Source: the human T2T-CHM13v2.0 reference genome, Homo sapiens
Reading direction: 5' to 3' (one strand)
DNA: 64,000 nucleotides
NCBI RefSeq assembly: GCF_009914755.1
Contig: NC_060934.1
Shown here piece after piece: positions 1-14,739 of the stretch. The notes beneath the pieces are model-generated. The model was not told the DNA's origin, searched no databases, and saw only the letters and a list, made by a program, of their open reading frames with translations. The position numbers and the translations under genes were made by a program. Every line of letters begins with the position of its first letter. Within the stretch, counting starts at the first letter, position 1.

Positions 1-576
<576 letters not shown>

Positions 577-814
577 TAGCTATACATTAAAAAATATTTT
601 AAGTGGTTTCTAGGGCTAATAGTATACATCCCAATCTTATCCAAAACTGTTTAGAATGGATTTTACTACCTCATGTTTCATAATCACACTTCATCCCTGA
701 CACTTCAAACTTCTGCCTTCCTAATTTACAAATGAAATCACCTTACAACAGCATAATTCTATTTGCACCCCCCTTATCAGAGGGCTTTTATTATATAGAA
801 AAAAAAACTTGATT

Positions 815-1790
815 AAGACATGTTCCCTTTCCTCGATGAGCCTGGAGTAGAGGGGAAGACAGATGTATAAAAGAAAGAATTGTACTGTGGAAAGGTAAAG
901 GTAAACCCCAAAAAAGGGGCAGAAGTAGACTCAAGTGGGGAATTATCAAATCTCATCAAAGAGGTGCAGAATCCAGGAGGGCTTCACAGAGGAGGTCCTG
1001 GAGATGGAGTTGTAAAAATAAGTATGGCTTACTGGAGCAAAAGGAGAAATGGTGCCATAGGCAGAAGGAACTAGAAAGCATCAATAGTTCAGTGTGTCTG
1101 CAGCAGGCAATAGGCAGTGTGAGAAGAGTAAATAGACGAGGCTGAAGTTCAGGGCATTATTGCTGGATCCTGGAAAGCCATGAGTGTCATGTCAAGTTCT
1201 AACTTCAGTGCATGGGTAATAGGGAGTCGCTTAATAGGGAGCTTTCATACATTCAGATTTGTTTTAGGCAGTGATGGCTGGATTGAAGGGGCCAAGACAG
1301 GAGGGCAGAGAAAGGAATTTGTAGGAGAATTTGGTGTCCCTGTGAGAAACAAGGGCTGCTCTAATGCGCCTGGACAGAAGGGCTACAGATGCAGGCATGA
1401 TTAAAGAGCAGAACCATAGGAACTTAGAATCAACTGATGTAAGAAATGAGCATGAAGGAGGTGCCTGGGATGACTAGAGGTGGAAGTAATCTTCACTAGG
1501 ATGGAGATGGCAGATGATGGTCACTGTCAGGAGAGGGAGGAAGATGAAGACTTCAAGATGGAATGTACTGAGTGTGGGGGTATCTGTGGAATCTGTTGAA
1601 AATGCTCAAAAGAGAGCTGCAAATACAATCTGGTGTTCAGGGCAGAGGAGAATGGAATTGGAGTCATCAATGGATGGTGTGGAGAGGTGCATGGCAATTA
1701 TGATTATGGATGACACTGACCATAATGAAACTTGTAGATTTGGAATAACAGGCAAGAGGAAGGCTTGGAAAGGGACTGAGGGGAAACCAT
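815..1790 (-). mobile_element. L2 LINE relic
   Basis: Purine-rich degenerate sequence with L2 antisense hallmarks (ggagtcatcaatggatgg, tggatcctggaaagccat); boundaries approximate. Confidence 0.6.
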
Positions 1791-2127
1791 CCAAGAAGAT
1801 GGTGGCTTGCCAAGATGCCATGCTCCAAGGGAGCATTCCTTGTTTTATCCACTTCTAGAATCGTCCATCAGTCTTTCTGCTTCACCTAAGAGGACATTTC
1901 ATGTTAATTGAGTATGTGGGTTTTTTTTTTTTTTACCCATTATTAATGTACCAGTATCTGCTTCTCAAAGCCCAAAGGTGGGGTCACATGACCAACCCAA
2001 TGGATCACCAATGGATCACACTCCCTGCCACCATGCAAGGGAAAGAAGGATGAGGCACACATTTCTCACTTTCTATCCCCACTGAATCTTGTCTTCGTGC
2101 AGAGCCTCAATGAAGGTGAAAGAAACC

Positions 2128-2235
2128 ACCATTTATTGAGGACCTACTATGTGCTAGGCACTGTACAGATCATTTATTGACATTATTTGCCCTTCCAACC
2201 TCAACAGAGAAGTGTGAGAACGCAATTAGCTAGTA
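2128..2235 (-). mobile_element. MIR/L2 3'-end fragment
   Basis: atttattgaggacctactatgtgctaggcactgt, reverse complement of the 3' tail shared by MIR and L2. Confidence 0.6.
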
Positions 2236-3789
2236 GGGGAAAAAAAACAACTCAAAAGGTCAGAATTATGCAATGTATTTATGGACTGAAATTTTTGCTA
2301 TATTAACCTATTTTTCCTTTCTAGTATTTCCCTCCTCCTCTTTCTCCCATTGAAACAGAGAGTTGCCCTGTGCTCCTGAGCTCAAGGTAGATGTGAGACA
2401 GAATTTCCTGGTGTTTTGTTTCCAAAAGTATAAAAACATTAATAATAGCATTTGAAAATGGAAGGTGAGGAGGGAAGGATTTTATTCACACTTAAAAAAA
2501 GGATTTTATTCACACTCAGGATGAGGAGGAGCGGCTAGGGATGAGTGAGGAGAGCAGAGAGCTCTCTTTTGTCATCAGAGCTGCAAGGGAAGTGCTTTCC
2601 AGTGCGTGTCCAGGGAGGGAACAACGACAGCCGGGCAGAGGGTCTGTGTTCAAAGGTGGCACAGAAAGGGAATGAGAGAAGCATTGCACAGATGCTTTGC
2701 AGACAAGAGCAAGCATCATCTTGGGGCTGATCTGTGTGAAGCCCTGGCTGAAAATGGAAGGACGCTTTTCCATTACCAAATGTACCCTCTACCTCTTCTC
2801 ACCTCCCAACCTTGATGCAGGCCCTGGGAAGAGAAGGGGATCTGCGGTGCACTAGTGATCTGGGTCTCCAAAAACCAAAACTCAACATTGCTGATGGGTA
2901 GCGCAGCTCCCACCGTGGCAGATTTCAGGATACCAACGTGAGCTCTCTGCAGAACTGGGAAGGGAGCATGCAATCTGCTCCTGTGAACCATACGAGCCAG
3001 CTCTGCCACACCACTGAAATCCTCCTGAAACCCCCGCGGAAAAGACTAGAATTATTATTTCTTATCAGCAAAATAGAAATGAAGTTGAAATTAAAAAAAA
3101 AAACATACACAAATCTATGTTTCTTGTCCACCTAATTTAGGGACAGGGGTGGTATGTTTCTTAATTATAAACATAAGGAAAGTGGCTGACCTGACACTTG
3201 AACCCATGGCTGTCTGAATCTAAAGCCTTGCCAGCTTTCTGACTGACTCTTCTCTGGGCTGAATTCCTGGGGAGTGCTTGGTTCATGCTACTGTCTGGGT
3301 CTGTTCCCATTCCTCACTCTTGCCCTTCCAGGGTCTTAGGAGAAGAATATCTTTGGCTGTGAGAGGGTGGTGGCCAGGGGCATGCCTCTTTTTCAACCAT
3401 CCTTCTTGCTCTAGTCCACATTTCCTAGGAAATCACTGGGTAAAGGGTTTATGTTTTACTTTTGGATTCTGGACATGACCTAATTGTGGACATTAGGTAA
3501 GTGAGAGCTGGATAGGGAGGTGAAGGGGAAGGAATCTGTTGATCATCATCTTGGCTCTGTGGCTCAGCTGTCAATGCCCTTAGAAGTCAGGAAGTGGCGC
3601 TCACCTCTCCCGCTCACTGTGGTGGGTAATTTAGTCACCAGAGAAAGGGCTAATATGTGGCATTCATGCCACCACTTCTCTTTTCTGGGCTTATGGCTGA
3701 CATCACCAAGTTATCACAACATGAAGAGGCCCCATAAGCCTCAATGCTGCACTCCAGGAAGCTACAACCAAACCCAAAGAAGGTGGCTG

Positions 3790-4460
3790 GGCCAGGTGGT
3801 CAGCCCAAGCATGCTTCTCAGCTCCAAACTCACCCTTCCATACCCGCTTTGTGATATTGGGGCTGTGACTCTGCCCACCAGGGGGAGCTAGAGGAAAGCA
3901 ACCAGGCAGGAGGAGGAGGAGGAGGGGGAGGAGGGGGAGGGGAAGGGGGAAAAGAGGGGGAGGAGGAGGGGGAGGGGGAGGAGGAGGGGGAGGGGGAGGA
4001 GGAGGGGGAGGGGGAGGGGGAGGAAGAGGAGGGGGAGGAGGAGGAAGAGGAGGAGCGGCATCCCTCCTTCCTATCTGCTTGTGGTTTCTGTGCACATCAC
4101 CCAGGCAATGCTTGTCCTTCCAGACAACAGCAGTTTCTTCTTGTGGTAAAAGCTGAGCCAGTTTGTAGTTTTTCAAAAATTTGTGACACCACCCTCCTTG
4201 TGCCCCTCAAAGACAGTGGCACCAGCCTGCCAGCCTCTTCCTCAGAGGTCTGAATTTTGCCTTTTCCAACCTTCCATGTTTCAATACTTCCCTTTGGGCT
4301 CTGGCTGTGTGGGTGGAGCTGCTTTCCATAGTTGCCATCTCCATGATACCCTAGAGTTCCATTTATGCCGTTTTGGATACCTAGCTAACAATTCCTCATG
4401 TTCAAGGCTGACTATTAAAATCGCTGGTGTGATTTCTGTCCCCTGACTGGACCCTGACTA
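3790..4460 (+). mobile_element. ERVL solo LTR, LTR33-like, interrupted by GA-rich repeat
   Basis: 3' end ...ctggtgtgatttctgtcccctgactggaccctgact resembles the LTR33-family terminus. Confidence 0.6.
3908..4055. repeat. Polypurine (GGA/GGGGGA)n low-complexity tract
   Basis: 148 nt of only G and A; source of the poly-Pro pseudo-ORF 3703..4176. Confidence 0.97.
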
Positions 4461-4784
4461 CCATTGTGCAAACGAGGGAAAACCCATTTGCCATCCCTGG
4501 ACCAGGCCATTATGGTGGTGTTCGTGACAGAAGCTTCTGCTACATAAAAGCCAAGACTCTTGTAGGGCCTGAAGACAGCACAAATCTAGCTCTACAAGCA
4601 CAGTGAGGCAAGAGATGCACAAAGGTCCCTGAACAATGTAACCCTCTTGGTTCCACTCCTCTAGGAAAATTCTGTTTCGTATCACTCAGGATGGGGTGTC
4701 CAGGTAGCAGCCTGCCCCCAGAGTGCACCAATTATATCCCAAGCTTTAGGGCTGGGATGGAGGGAACCTGAGAAATCGGCCTCC

Positions 4785-4890
4785 TTACCTTCGAAGATGA
4801 ACCAAGGCCCAAAAAGAGGAAGGGCTTGACTCAGGTAACACAGCAAGTGAGTGTCAGGGTGGGATCAGACCCCAGGTCTCCCGAACCTCT
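4785..4890 (-). mobile_element. MIR fragment
   Basis: Degenerate antisense MIR core (cttgactcaggtaacacagcaagtgagtg...acccaggtct). Confidence 0.55.
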
Positions 4891-5047
4891 GGGTCTTCCT
4901 GGGTCATGGACTGTTTCTCAACTCTTCCAACTTATGAAACATGCTAGGGATGGCTGTTGTTGTGCCAAATGGTTTCTCTACTACATCCAATAAAATAAAG
5001 ACATTTCTTTTCCAGAAATGCTTAAAAATAGTTAAAACAATTCTTCT

Positions 5048-5192
5048 GTTGTTGTTTGTTTTGTTTTGTTTTCTGAGATGGGGGGGTCTGTCTGTGTTGC
5101 CCAGGCTGATCTCAAACTCCTGGGCTCAAGCCATCCTCCCGCCTTGGCCTCCTAAGGTGTTGAGATTACAGGCATGTGCCATCGTATCCTGC
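5048..5192 (-). mobile_element. FLAM / Alu left monomer
   Basis: Single monomer ...gttgcccaggctgatctcaaactcctgggctcaag... with (TTTG)-type tail. Confidence 0.9.
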
Positions 5193-6352
5193 AACACAGT
5201 TGTTCTTTATGTTTCAAAATACCTAATCACTAAGTGTAAAGGACTTCCAATTCTAAATTTAAAATATGAAATAAATATACCAATGTCATATAAAAGAGCA
5301 CTCATATACCTAGGTGTAACTACCGGTAAGATTGTGGATCAGTTTCTTAACCTCTGTTTCCTGCAAAATGGCAGTTATAATATTTCCCTTTCCAGGTAAA
5401 TATTGGGGTAAAGTGTTTTCTTAATAGATGGTAGCAGTTGTTGATGAATGACTAATGTTTGTCTCAAATATAATATATATACTTCTTTTTCTCATTGGTC
5501 TTTTTGGCTCTGAAACAAAATCTTTTTTTTTCCCCAGTAGCACTAATCCTTGCATAAAGCCCAAGCTCATTAAATGTTAGAGATTATTAAGTGGTCAGTA
5601 TCAGCATGTCACGTTTTCCTTTAATTCCCACCCAAACAGTGGGTTGAGGCTATTTCTTTGTGGGAATTGAGGACTCTTCTCCCATCACCTCTTTCTAACC
5701 CTGGAAGAAGTCTCTTCTGTAACTGAGCAAGGCCTGATGACCCATTGATGGGGTCACCGAGTATGGGGCCTTCTGGGCTTGGCCTCCAGGAGAAAGGACC
5801 CCCTAAGGCCGTCACCCAGCCCCACTGATTCACACCCAGTGATTTACCGAGCACTGGGGCCGCTGACACCTTTTATGCCTCTTCTTCTAGGCCAAAGAGA
5901 CAAAGCTAGGGAAGACGTGGCGGGGAACCCATCCCTGGGTCACCTCTGCAGAACTCTCCCATCATTGATGGTGTCCCTTTGCCCTGGAAAACAAAACCTA
6001 GGCCCCTTGACTTTGGGTTACCAGCACTTTGGCACCACCTTTGAAGCAATGATCTGAATTTACGACACAGGCATGAAAGCCTGTTTAAGGCTCTGCCGTC
6101 TTCCCCGGCCGCTGAACTTCATGTGGTCCAGAGTAAATCACCGTAATAGCCATTGGGCCAGCATTGTTGCGGGATGTTTTATACCCGCGCTGTCAGTTAT
6201 TTGGGGTGGTTAAACTGAATTGCTGAGTCTCAAGTTACAGTTGTTGCTTTCTCTTGCCTTGTGCATAATTATGGAGAGACATAACAGCCAAAGGTAGGTT
6301 CAACAACTAGATTCATAAAGGAGAGAGGGGGAGAAAAGCAACCTGCTTTCTA

Positions 6353-6890
<538 letters not shown>

Positions 6891-7450
6891 GATAAAAAGG
6901 CTTTACCCTCTTCTCCACCCACATCTGTACCTGGCATGTGTTTCCATCATGGGTGCCTTGTATGGTGTGTGGATAGCTGTTTGCACTTCTGCATCCATGG
7001 AAGGCCTATAAAGGCACATACTTCACTGAGCCCTTCCTTGAGGCAGTCCTGGAGCCCAGGTGCTGGAATAGTAAGTCCCCAGGACACGTTATTTATGGGT
7101 GTGTAAGCTTTTCCTCCTGCCCCATCTGTAACTCTTGGGTCAGGAAGATGCAGTTGATGGCTCACTTTTTTTTTTTGGCTGTGGGTGGGGAGGTCTCTGC
7201 TTGTTCACCTCCTGCTGGGGTGGAGAAGGGCGGGTCAGAAGAGGAGGCAGATGTGCAAATGCAGCCTCTTCCCAGCCTGGGTGGCCCCATCCCCTCTGCA
7301 TGCTCCCCGAAGCCCTGACCTGGTACCTCTTCCTTCTTAAGGATTTCTGCCCTTCATGTATTTCTGGCTTAGTAACTACTTTGTTATTACAATTACAATG
7401 CAATAAGCACTAATGCATTCTCCTGGTTAAAAGGAGACAAAGGAAGTTGA

Positions 7451-7849
<399 letters not shown>

Positions 7850-7887
7850 TGCATTTACTTTTATTTCTATGAAAATATTGGGGATGA

Positions 7888-8283
<396 letters not shown>

Positions 8284-8724
8284 TCAGCTCTGTGTCTGAG
8301 AGCAGAAAGCTGCTGGCATGAGGGCCTTGAGAGGGTGGGCAGGTCTTTCTGAAGAGAGAGGAGGGGGCAATGTAACCCTGGTAACAGTGCATGATTCTCC
8401 CAGAAGCCCTGAGGGGTCTGTGGTTCCAGAGTCGAAAGATTGGATCTACTCTCAAGTCTACTAGGAGACACGTGCAGAGAGTTCAAATTCATGGTGACCT
8501 CCAGGTGCAATAATGATGGGGTACAGAGGGAGCGGAGGGAGAGACGAGAGTAACTTAGTTGTGATGGTTGGTGAGGAAAGGCTTCCTGAAAGGTCATGTC
8601 TGAGCTGGGGTTTGGAGGATCCATAGGGGTGGACTGGGTTGATGGGAGGGCTGTGAGGGAACCCATGTGTGCAAAGGTTTGGCAGTGGGGAATTGTAGGC
8701 AGATTGGCGTCATAGAGCCTGAAG

Positions 8725-8726
<2 letters not shown>

Positions 8727-8762
<36 letters not shown>
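8727..8762. repeat. (TG)18 microsatellite
   Basis: Perfect TG run. Confidence 0.98.
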
Positions 8763-8765
<3 letters not shown>

Positions 8766-8869
8766 ACAGTGTATGTGTGTAGGGGTGAGGTTGGAGATGA
8801 AGCTTGAGAGGCAGGCAAGGTTGGACTATGAAAGGAGCTGCTCTGACTGATGGTCGGGGACACAGTGTG

Positions 8870-9150
8870 CTTCCTTCACTCATTACTCATTCCACAATGA
8901 TGTGTGGAGCAGCAGCGCATGTCAGGCATAGCACTAGATGCCTGGGAGACGACGGAAAGCAAGGCAGCAGTGTCCTGCTGGACTGACATTCAAAGGGTAT
9001 ATGTTATGGGGGATGCAGGGGACAGGCAGAAACTGCAGAAACTCCACAAACACAGACAAATCGTCAGTGTTCCAAGGAAGAGCATAGTGGGGGAGCCCAG
9101 GGAAGCCTGCTTTGAGGAGGCGATTGTTCAGCAGAGGATGAGAAGGATCT
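8870..9150 (-). mobile_element. L2 3' fragment
   Basis: cactcattactcattccacaa...gtcaggcatagcactagatgcctgggaga, antisense L2 tail. Confidence 0.6.
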
Positions 9151-9459
9151 AGGTCCTGAAGAGCAGGGAAGACACATCCAGGTGGAGGGAGCAATGGGTG
9201 GGTCAGGTGTTTGAATGAAAAGGGAGGTGGGGAGCCACTGTGTTCCCAGGTGAGCATAGAGGTGCCCAAGCCAATGATGAGCAATCCTGGTGGGATCAGA
9301 GGGGACCAGTTTAGGATTGTATTCAAGGAAGCAGAATGCCAGGCTGCCAGGCAAGAGGCATTTGGGGGCAGGTGAGGCTGCAGATAGGAAGACAGGCTTG
9401 GTGGCATCACAGGATCCAAGTGCCAGAGCTCAGGACCTGGGACAGGGTCAGGGCTCCAC

Positions 9460-10203
9460 TGCTCACTATCTAGTCCATCATCAAGTCAGCCTCACATCTC
9501 CTCCTAATAGCTCACGGACCTGTCTGTTCTTCTCCATCCCCAGTTCCCGCTGACATCCTGGATCAGGCCACCATCCTGCCTAGATCCAACGCCTCCTGAC
9601 TGGTCTCCATGGCTCCATTCTTAACCCCATGTGATGTAGTCTGCAGATTGCAGCCAGAACGGTTTTGAAATGGAAAAACAATCATATCACTCCCCTATTC
9701 AACATCCTTTGGGTGTTCCCCATTGGAACAGGGAGACCTGGGAGATTGTGTTAAGGCCTCAGACTCCTTAATAATCTGGCCTTGCTAGGCTCAACATCAT
9801 CACCCCTCAGAACTCCCCACGCCGTCCACCTTCCCTCACTCCTTTTCCAGTCAGAATGAGCTCTTTTGAATTCCCTGAGCTGGTCTAGAGCTGCCTCCAG
9901 GCCCCTCTGTGTACTCTTCCCTCTTTCTGGAATTCTCTTCTTCACCCCCTCAGCTGTCTCATTTCTGCTCACCTGCCAGGTTTCTCTGTTCAGGAAGACC
10001 TCTCTGGCCACATGGGGGGCAGATGTCCCCATGGCAGGCCACGCCTACCAACACCCTAGCTCTTAGCGTACTGCCTTGAAACTGCCTGACTTCTTGTCTG
10101 TTTCGTGTACTGGACTCTAAGAAGAAGGGGCAAACTGTGTCCTTTGCACTTAGCACAGTCTCTGGCATCCAGCTGGTCCAATAGGTCTTTATTGTTGAAT
10201 GAC
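9460..10203 (+). mobile_element. L2 3' region
   Basis: caggccaccatc, cctcctgactggtctcc, ending cttagcacagtctctggcatc...ttgttgaatga. Confidence 0.8.
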
Positions 10204-10299
10204 CACAGTCTGAGAGGTGAGAAGGAAGAGCAGGAGCAAGAGCAGGGCCGGGGACGGAGGGGTTGAAGGTGATATCATGAGGAAGGATGATGGCCAGGG

Positions 10300-10540
10300 G
10301 ACAGCAGTAATGACCATGGTGAATATTCATTTGTCCTTCCTCTGTGCGAGGACCAATGTAAGTGTTTTACATGTATTAGTCCATGAATCCTTCTGAAAAC
10401 AATATGAGGTAGACAAGGTTAGTATGCCTGTTTTCCAGATGAGGAAACTGAGGCACAGCAAGCTTAACGAATTTACCCAGAGTCATATAACTAGTAAGAG
10501 AGAGGCTGAGAGTCAAGCCTGGGTAGTTTGGTGCCTACAC
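10300..10540 (-). mobile_element. MIR
   Basis: Core cagatgaggaaactgaggcacag. Confidence 0.85.
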
Positions 10541-10986
10541 TGTACGTACATCATGAAAATACACTCATCCCTCATGAAAATATATTTAATTTGGGCACTT
10601 CAAACTTAAAGTGACAGTGATCCATTCTCTCAATAGCTTGCACTGGCCACACAGGGGTGTGAACAGTTCAACTGGTTCCAACTGGACAGGTTAAAATATT
10701 CCTCTAGAATTGGAATCCCAGAGGTGTTACTTTGGCCAATATGTGAGTTCTAAGCTGGCCCCAAACTCCAACCCAGTGACATGCTCCAGTGAATGGCTGT
10801 GAAGCTATTGCCTCATGCTGGGGGTCTCCTCGCAGTGACTTCCTAAATAGGGAAGATTGTGAGTAACAGTGGATTTTGTTGACAAAATGACTATGCCAGC
10901 TGTGAAACTTACATCCTGCTTGGCAATATAATAACTGGCCATATCTTAAGTTACTATTAAACATTTACATCTGATGTAATGTAGAG

Positions 10987-11119
10987 ATGGTGAAACCCTG
11001 TCTCTACTAAAAATACAAAAATCAGCTGCATGTGGTGGCACGTGCCTGTAGTCCTAGCTACTTGGGAGGCTGAGGTGGGAGAATCGCTTGAACCTGGAAG
11101 GCGGAGGTTGCAGTGAGCC
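10987..11119 (+). mobile_element. Alu internal fragment, truncated at both ends
   Basis: Linker plus part of right arm only; no poly-A tail, no TSD. Confidence 0.9.
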
Positions 11120-11179
11120 CCAAACTCTTGTAAACTTGGGGGCACATGTGATATAGGTAGCTTTTTGAGGGACAAAGAC

Positions 11180-11400
11180 GAATCATTTGATTATTCGACA
11201 AATATTGATGGAGCATCTGCTCTATACTGGGCAGAGGGCCAGGTGCTGGGCTTACAGTGATGAATAAGACAATGTGGTCCCTTGTGGAACATATATTATA
11301 GTGAGGAACACAGATGAGAAATAAATGAGTAAAAAGCAACTACTTTTGTGATTAATGTTTGCAGGTAACACATGAGGGGCTGCGTTAGCTAATAATGAGG
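11180..11400 (-). mobile_element. L2 3' fragment
   Basis: tcatttgattattcgacaaatattgatggagcatctgctc...ccaggtgctggg. Confidence 0.75.
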
Positions 11401-11484
11401 TAGTGATGGTGGGTTTCAGGCTGTTCCACATGCCGACCACTTTTAGTGCTAGGGCCTTGGGGGTTTCACTAAAAAGAGGGTGGA

Positions 11485-11778
11485 GGCTGGGTACGGTTGC
11501 TCAAGCCTGTAATCCCAGCACTTTGGGAGGCTGAGGTGGGAGGATCACTTGAGTCCAGAAGTTTGAGACCAGCCTGGTCAGTATAGTGAGATGCCATCTC
11601 TATAAAAAATAAAAAATTAGCTGTGTGTGGTGGCACGTGCCTGTAGTCCCAGCTACTCAGGAGGCTAAGGTGGCAGGATCACTTGAACCCAAGAGTTCAA
11701 GGTTACAGTGAGCTATGATTACACCACTGCCCTCCGGCCTGGGTGATGGAGCGAGACCCTGTCTTTAAAAACAAAAAA
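11485..11778 (+). mobile_element. Alu (AluJ-like)
   Basis: ggaggatcacttgagtccag in the left arm, gtgagctatgatt in the right arm. Confidence 0.95.
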
Positions 11779-11999
11779 CGGTGGAGAAATTTAATGCAGT
11801 GTCAGATCACAGGAGTCATTTGAAGTATGACACCTCTTTAATACACCTGAAGTTCTCTTGAAAATAAGCAACAGGAAGCAGTGTGAATCCCTCTTGAATG
11901 CTCTGGTGAGCAGCCCTTCACAACCTCCACTCAGAAGCTGATGGGCTGTGTCTCCAGGACAAGAGACTAGAGGTGGGCCTTTTAGGTCCCTCAGACTTT

Positions 12000-12810
<811 letters not shown>

Positions 12811-13144
12811 AAGAAATTTAAAAGTCTACCTTTACTTTAAGTAACAAATAAAAGTGTGTTCCAAGGTGAAACTGCTTCTGCTAGTTCCTGAACCTAAGGG
12901 GTTGTCAAGTCTTGGAAAATAGGGAAGAAGAAAAGTAAATCTTCTTTAGGAAAAATCCTGCAGTTTCCTTACCCCCACAAAGGCTGTGCTGTTCATGCCT
13001 TCTCTGCTGCTACCTTAACACATCTTCTGGCAATAGTGAAAATGAGTCTGGCACATGAAGAGCCAAGGAAGGAGTATTCCCCCGGGGTTCGTTGGCAAGT
13101 TCATGATAGCCTAGGTGTAAGACACAAAGGAACTAAAAAAGCAA

Positions 13145-13822
13145 GGGCTAACATTTATTGAGTGCTAGCTCTGTGCCAGTCATGATGCTAAGTACCACAA
13201 GTACCACTGCCCCCTCCACCACCAAACACACACCCCTGTTCTTTCTTAATGTATTTAACCCTCACTGTGACCTTATGAAGTTGGTACTGTTGCTATTCTC
13301 ATTTTAAAGATGGGAACACTGAAGCCTTGTATTAGGTCGCTCTTGCATTGCTATAAAGAAATACCCAAGACTGGGTAATTTATAAAGAAAAGAGGTTTAA
13401 TGGGCTCATGGCCCTGCAGGCTTTACAGGAAGCATGGTGCTGACATCTGCTTGGCTTCTCGTGAAGCCTCAGAGAGCTCTCAATCGTGGCAGAAGGTGAA
13501 GGGGGAATAGTCATGTCATATGGCAAGAGCAGGAGCGAGAGAGAGAGTGGGGGCAGATGGCATACACTTTTAAATGACCAGATCTCATGTGAACTCAGAG
13601 CAAAAGCTCACTATCACCAAGGGGATGGCCCAAGCCATTCATGAGGGATTTCCCCCATCATCCAAACACCTCCCACCAGGCCCCACTTCCAACATTGGGG
13701 ATTACAATACAACATGAGATTTGGTGGGGACACACATTCAAACTACATCAGGCCTAGAAGGGTGGCATGCCGTGATCACACACACCTAGTAAATGGTATT
13801 GCCAGAACTTGAATCCAGGACG
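13145..13822 (-). mobile_element. MIR split by MaLR LTR
   Basis: ctaacatttattgagtgct...agatgggaacactgaagcct [LTR] ggcctag...cttgaatccagg. Confidence 0.75.
13328..13750 (-). mobile_element. MaLR solo LTR (MSTA-like)
   Basis: tgtattag...ca termini; gactgggtaatttataaagaaaagaggtttaa; 5-bp TSD agcct/ggcct. Confidence 0.92.
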
Positions 13823-14567
13823 CAGCTATGCTGGGGAGTGGAAAAGTCAATGAATAGGAAGGAGAGAAGGACAAATGATGGGAGAAACCAACATGGATAT
13901 GAGTGGGAGGCCAGTAAGCGCTGGGTCCTCTGCAGTCTGGAGAGCACAGCAGACTGGGATGCCAAGAAGCAATCTGGAGGGGGGAAAGATGGCTGCCTTC
14001 ATTTAAGAGGGCCCCAACAGTTCCAGCACAGTCTCTTAGGAGGGCCACCCCTATGACCTGGACAAAGGTTTCTTCCCTGTCAGAGCAGCAATAAAAAGAT
14101 TAACAAAGAAATTGTTTGTGACTGATTATGAATGCTGGTATTTGAGAAAGTTTTTCTTAAAGGTTAAGAAAGAGGCACAGAGTTCTGAAGAGAACTTCTG
14201 GGCACCTTCCAGGACCCCCCAGGTTGATAGCAATGCTTTTCATTCTAACTTCACTTTGAACATATGGCTTTTCTGTTCTGTGACACAGACAGGCGAACTC
14301 CTGGAGCTAGCCTGATGTTCATCAGCTTCTGTTGAGGTTGTTTTTGCGACCTAGATGGAGAGTGAAGTTGGAGGCAGGTAAGAGGAAGAGTTTTCAGAGG
14401 TTTGTGAGCAAAAGAAAAGAAAGAAAATAGTCAGAGGTTTCATATGAAAGACAAATCCTGGTTCTGGTTATAGAAGGGGAAGTGGTGGCAGGAAAAAAGG
14501 GAGAACACAGCCTGGGTGGGGAGCCTCTCCAGGAGAAAGAAGTGAAGGGAGGACCAGTTCTTCATAT

Positions 14568-14586
14568 CTGTCACCAGGGGGCAGCA
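14568..14586 (+). promoter_or_regulatory. Candidate CTCF motif
   Basis: CTGTCACCAGGGGGCAGCA, one mismatch to the core CCASYAGRKGGCRS, in non-repeat DNA. Confidence 0.45.
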
Positions 14587-14739
14587 CTGGCACAATACAG
14601 CTTGGTTGTGCCTTGTATTCCAGTTCCAACAATTGGTAGGTTGCTTAGGGATGCAGAATTCCTGAATAACTAACACGTTATAAAATTAGTACACCTTTGA
14701 ATAGCTCTGTTTCCTTCCACCTGACTTAACATCGACATT

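Noticed and set aside
1997-2018. Small tandem duplications (also 39254-39277, 52500-52531, 53854-53877)
   Set aside because: Ordinary 11-12-bp slippage events; no array structure.
3703-4176. 157-aa poly-proline ORF
   Set aside because: Translation of the GA-rich simple repeat within an LTR; no gene context.
8934-9419. 161-aa ORF
   Set aside because: Overlaps an L2 relic; no domain similarity.
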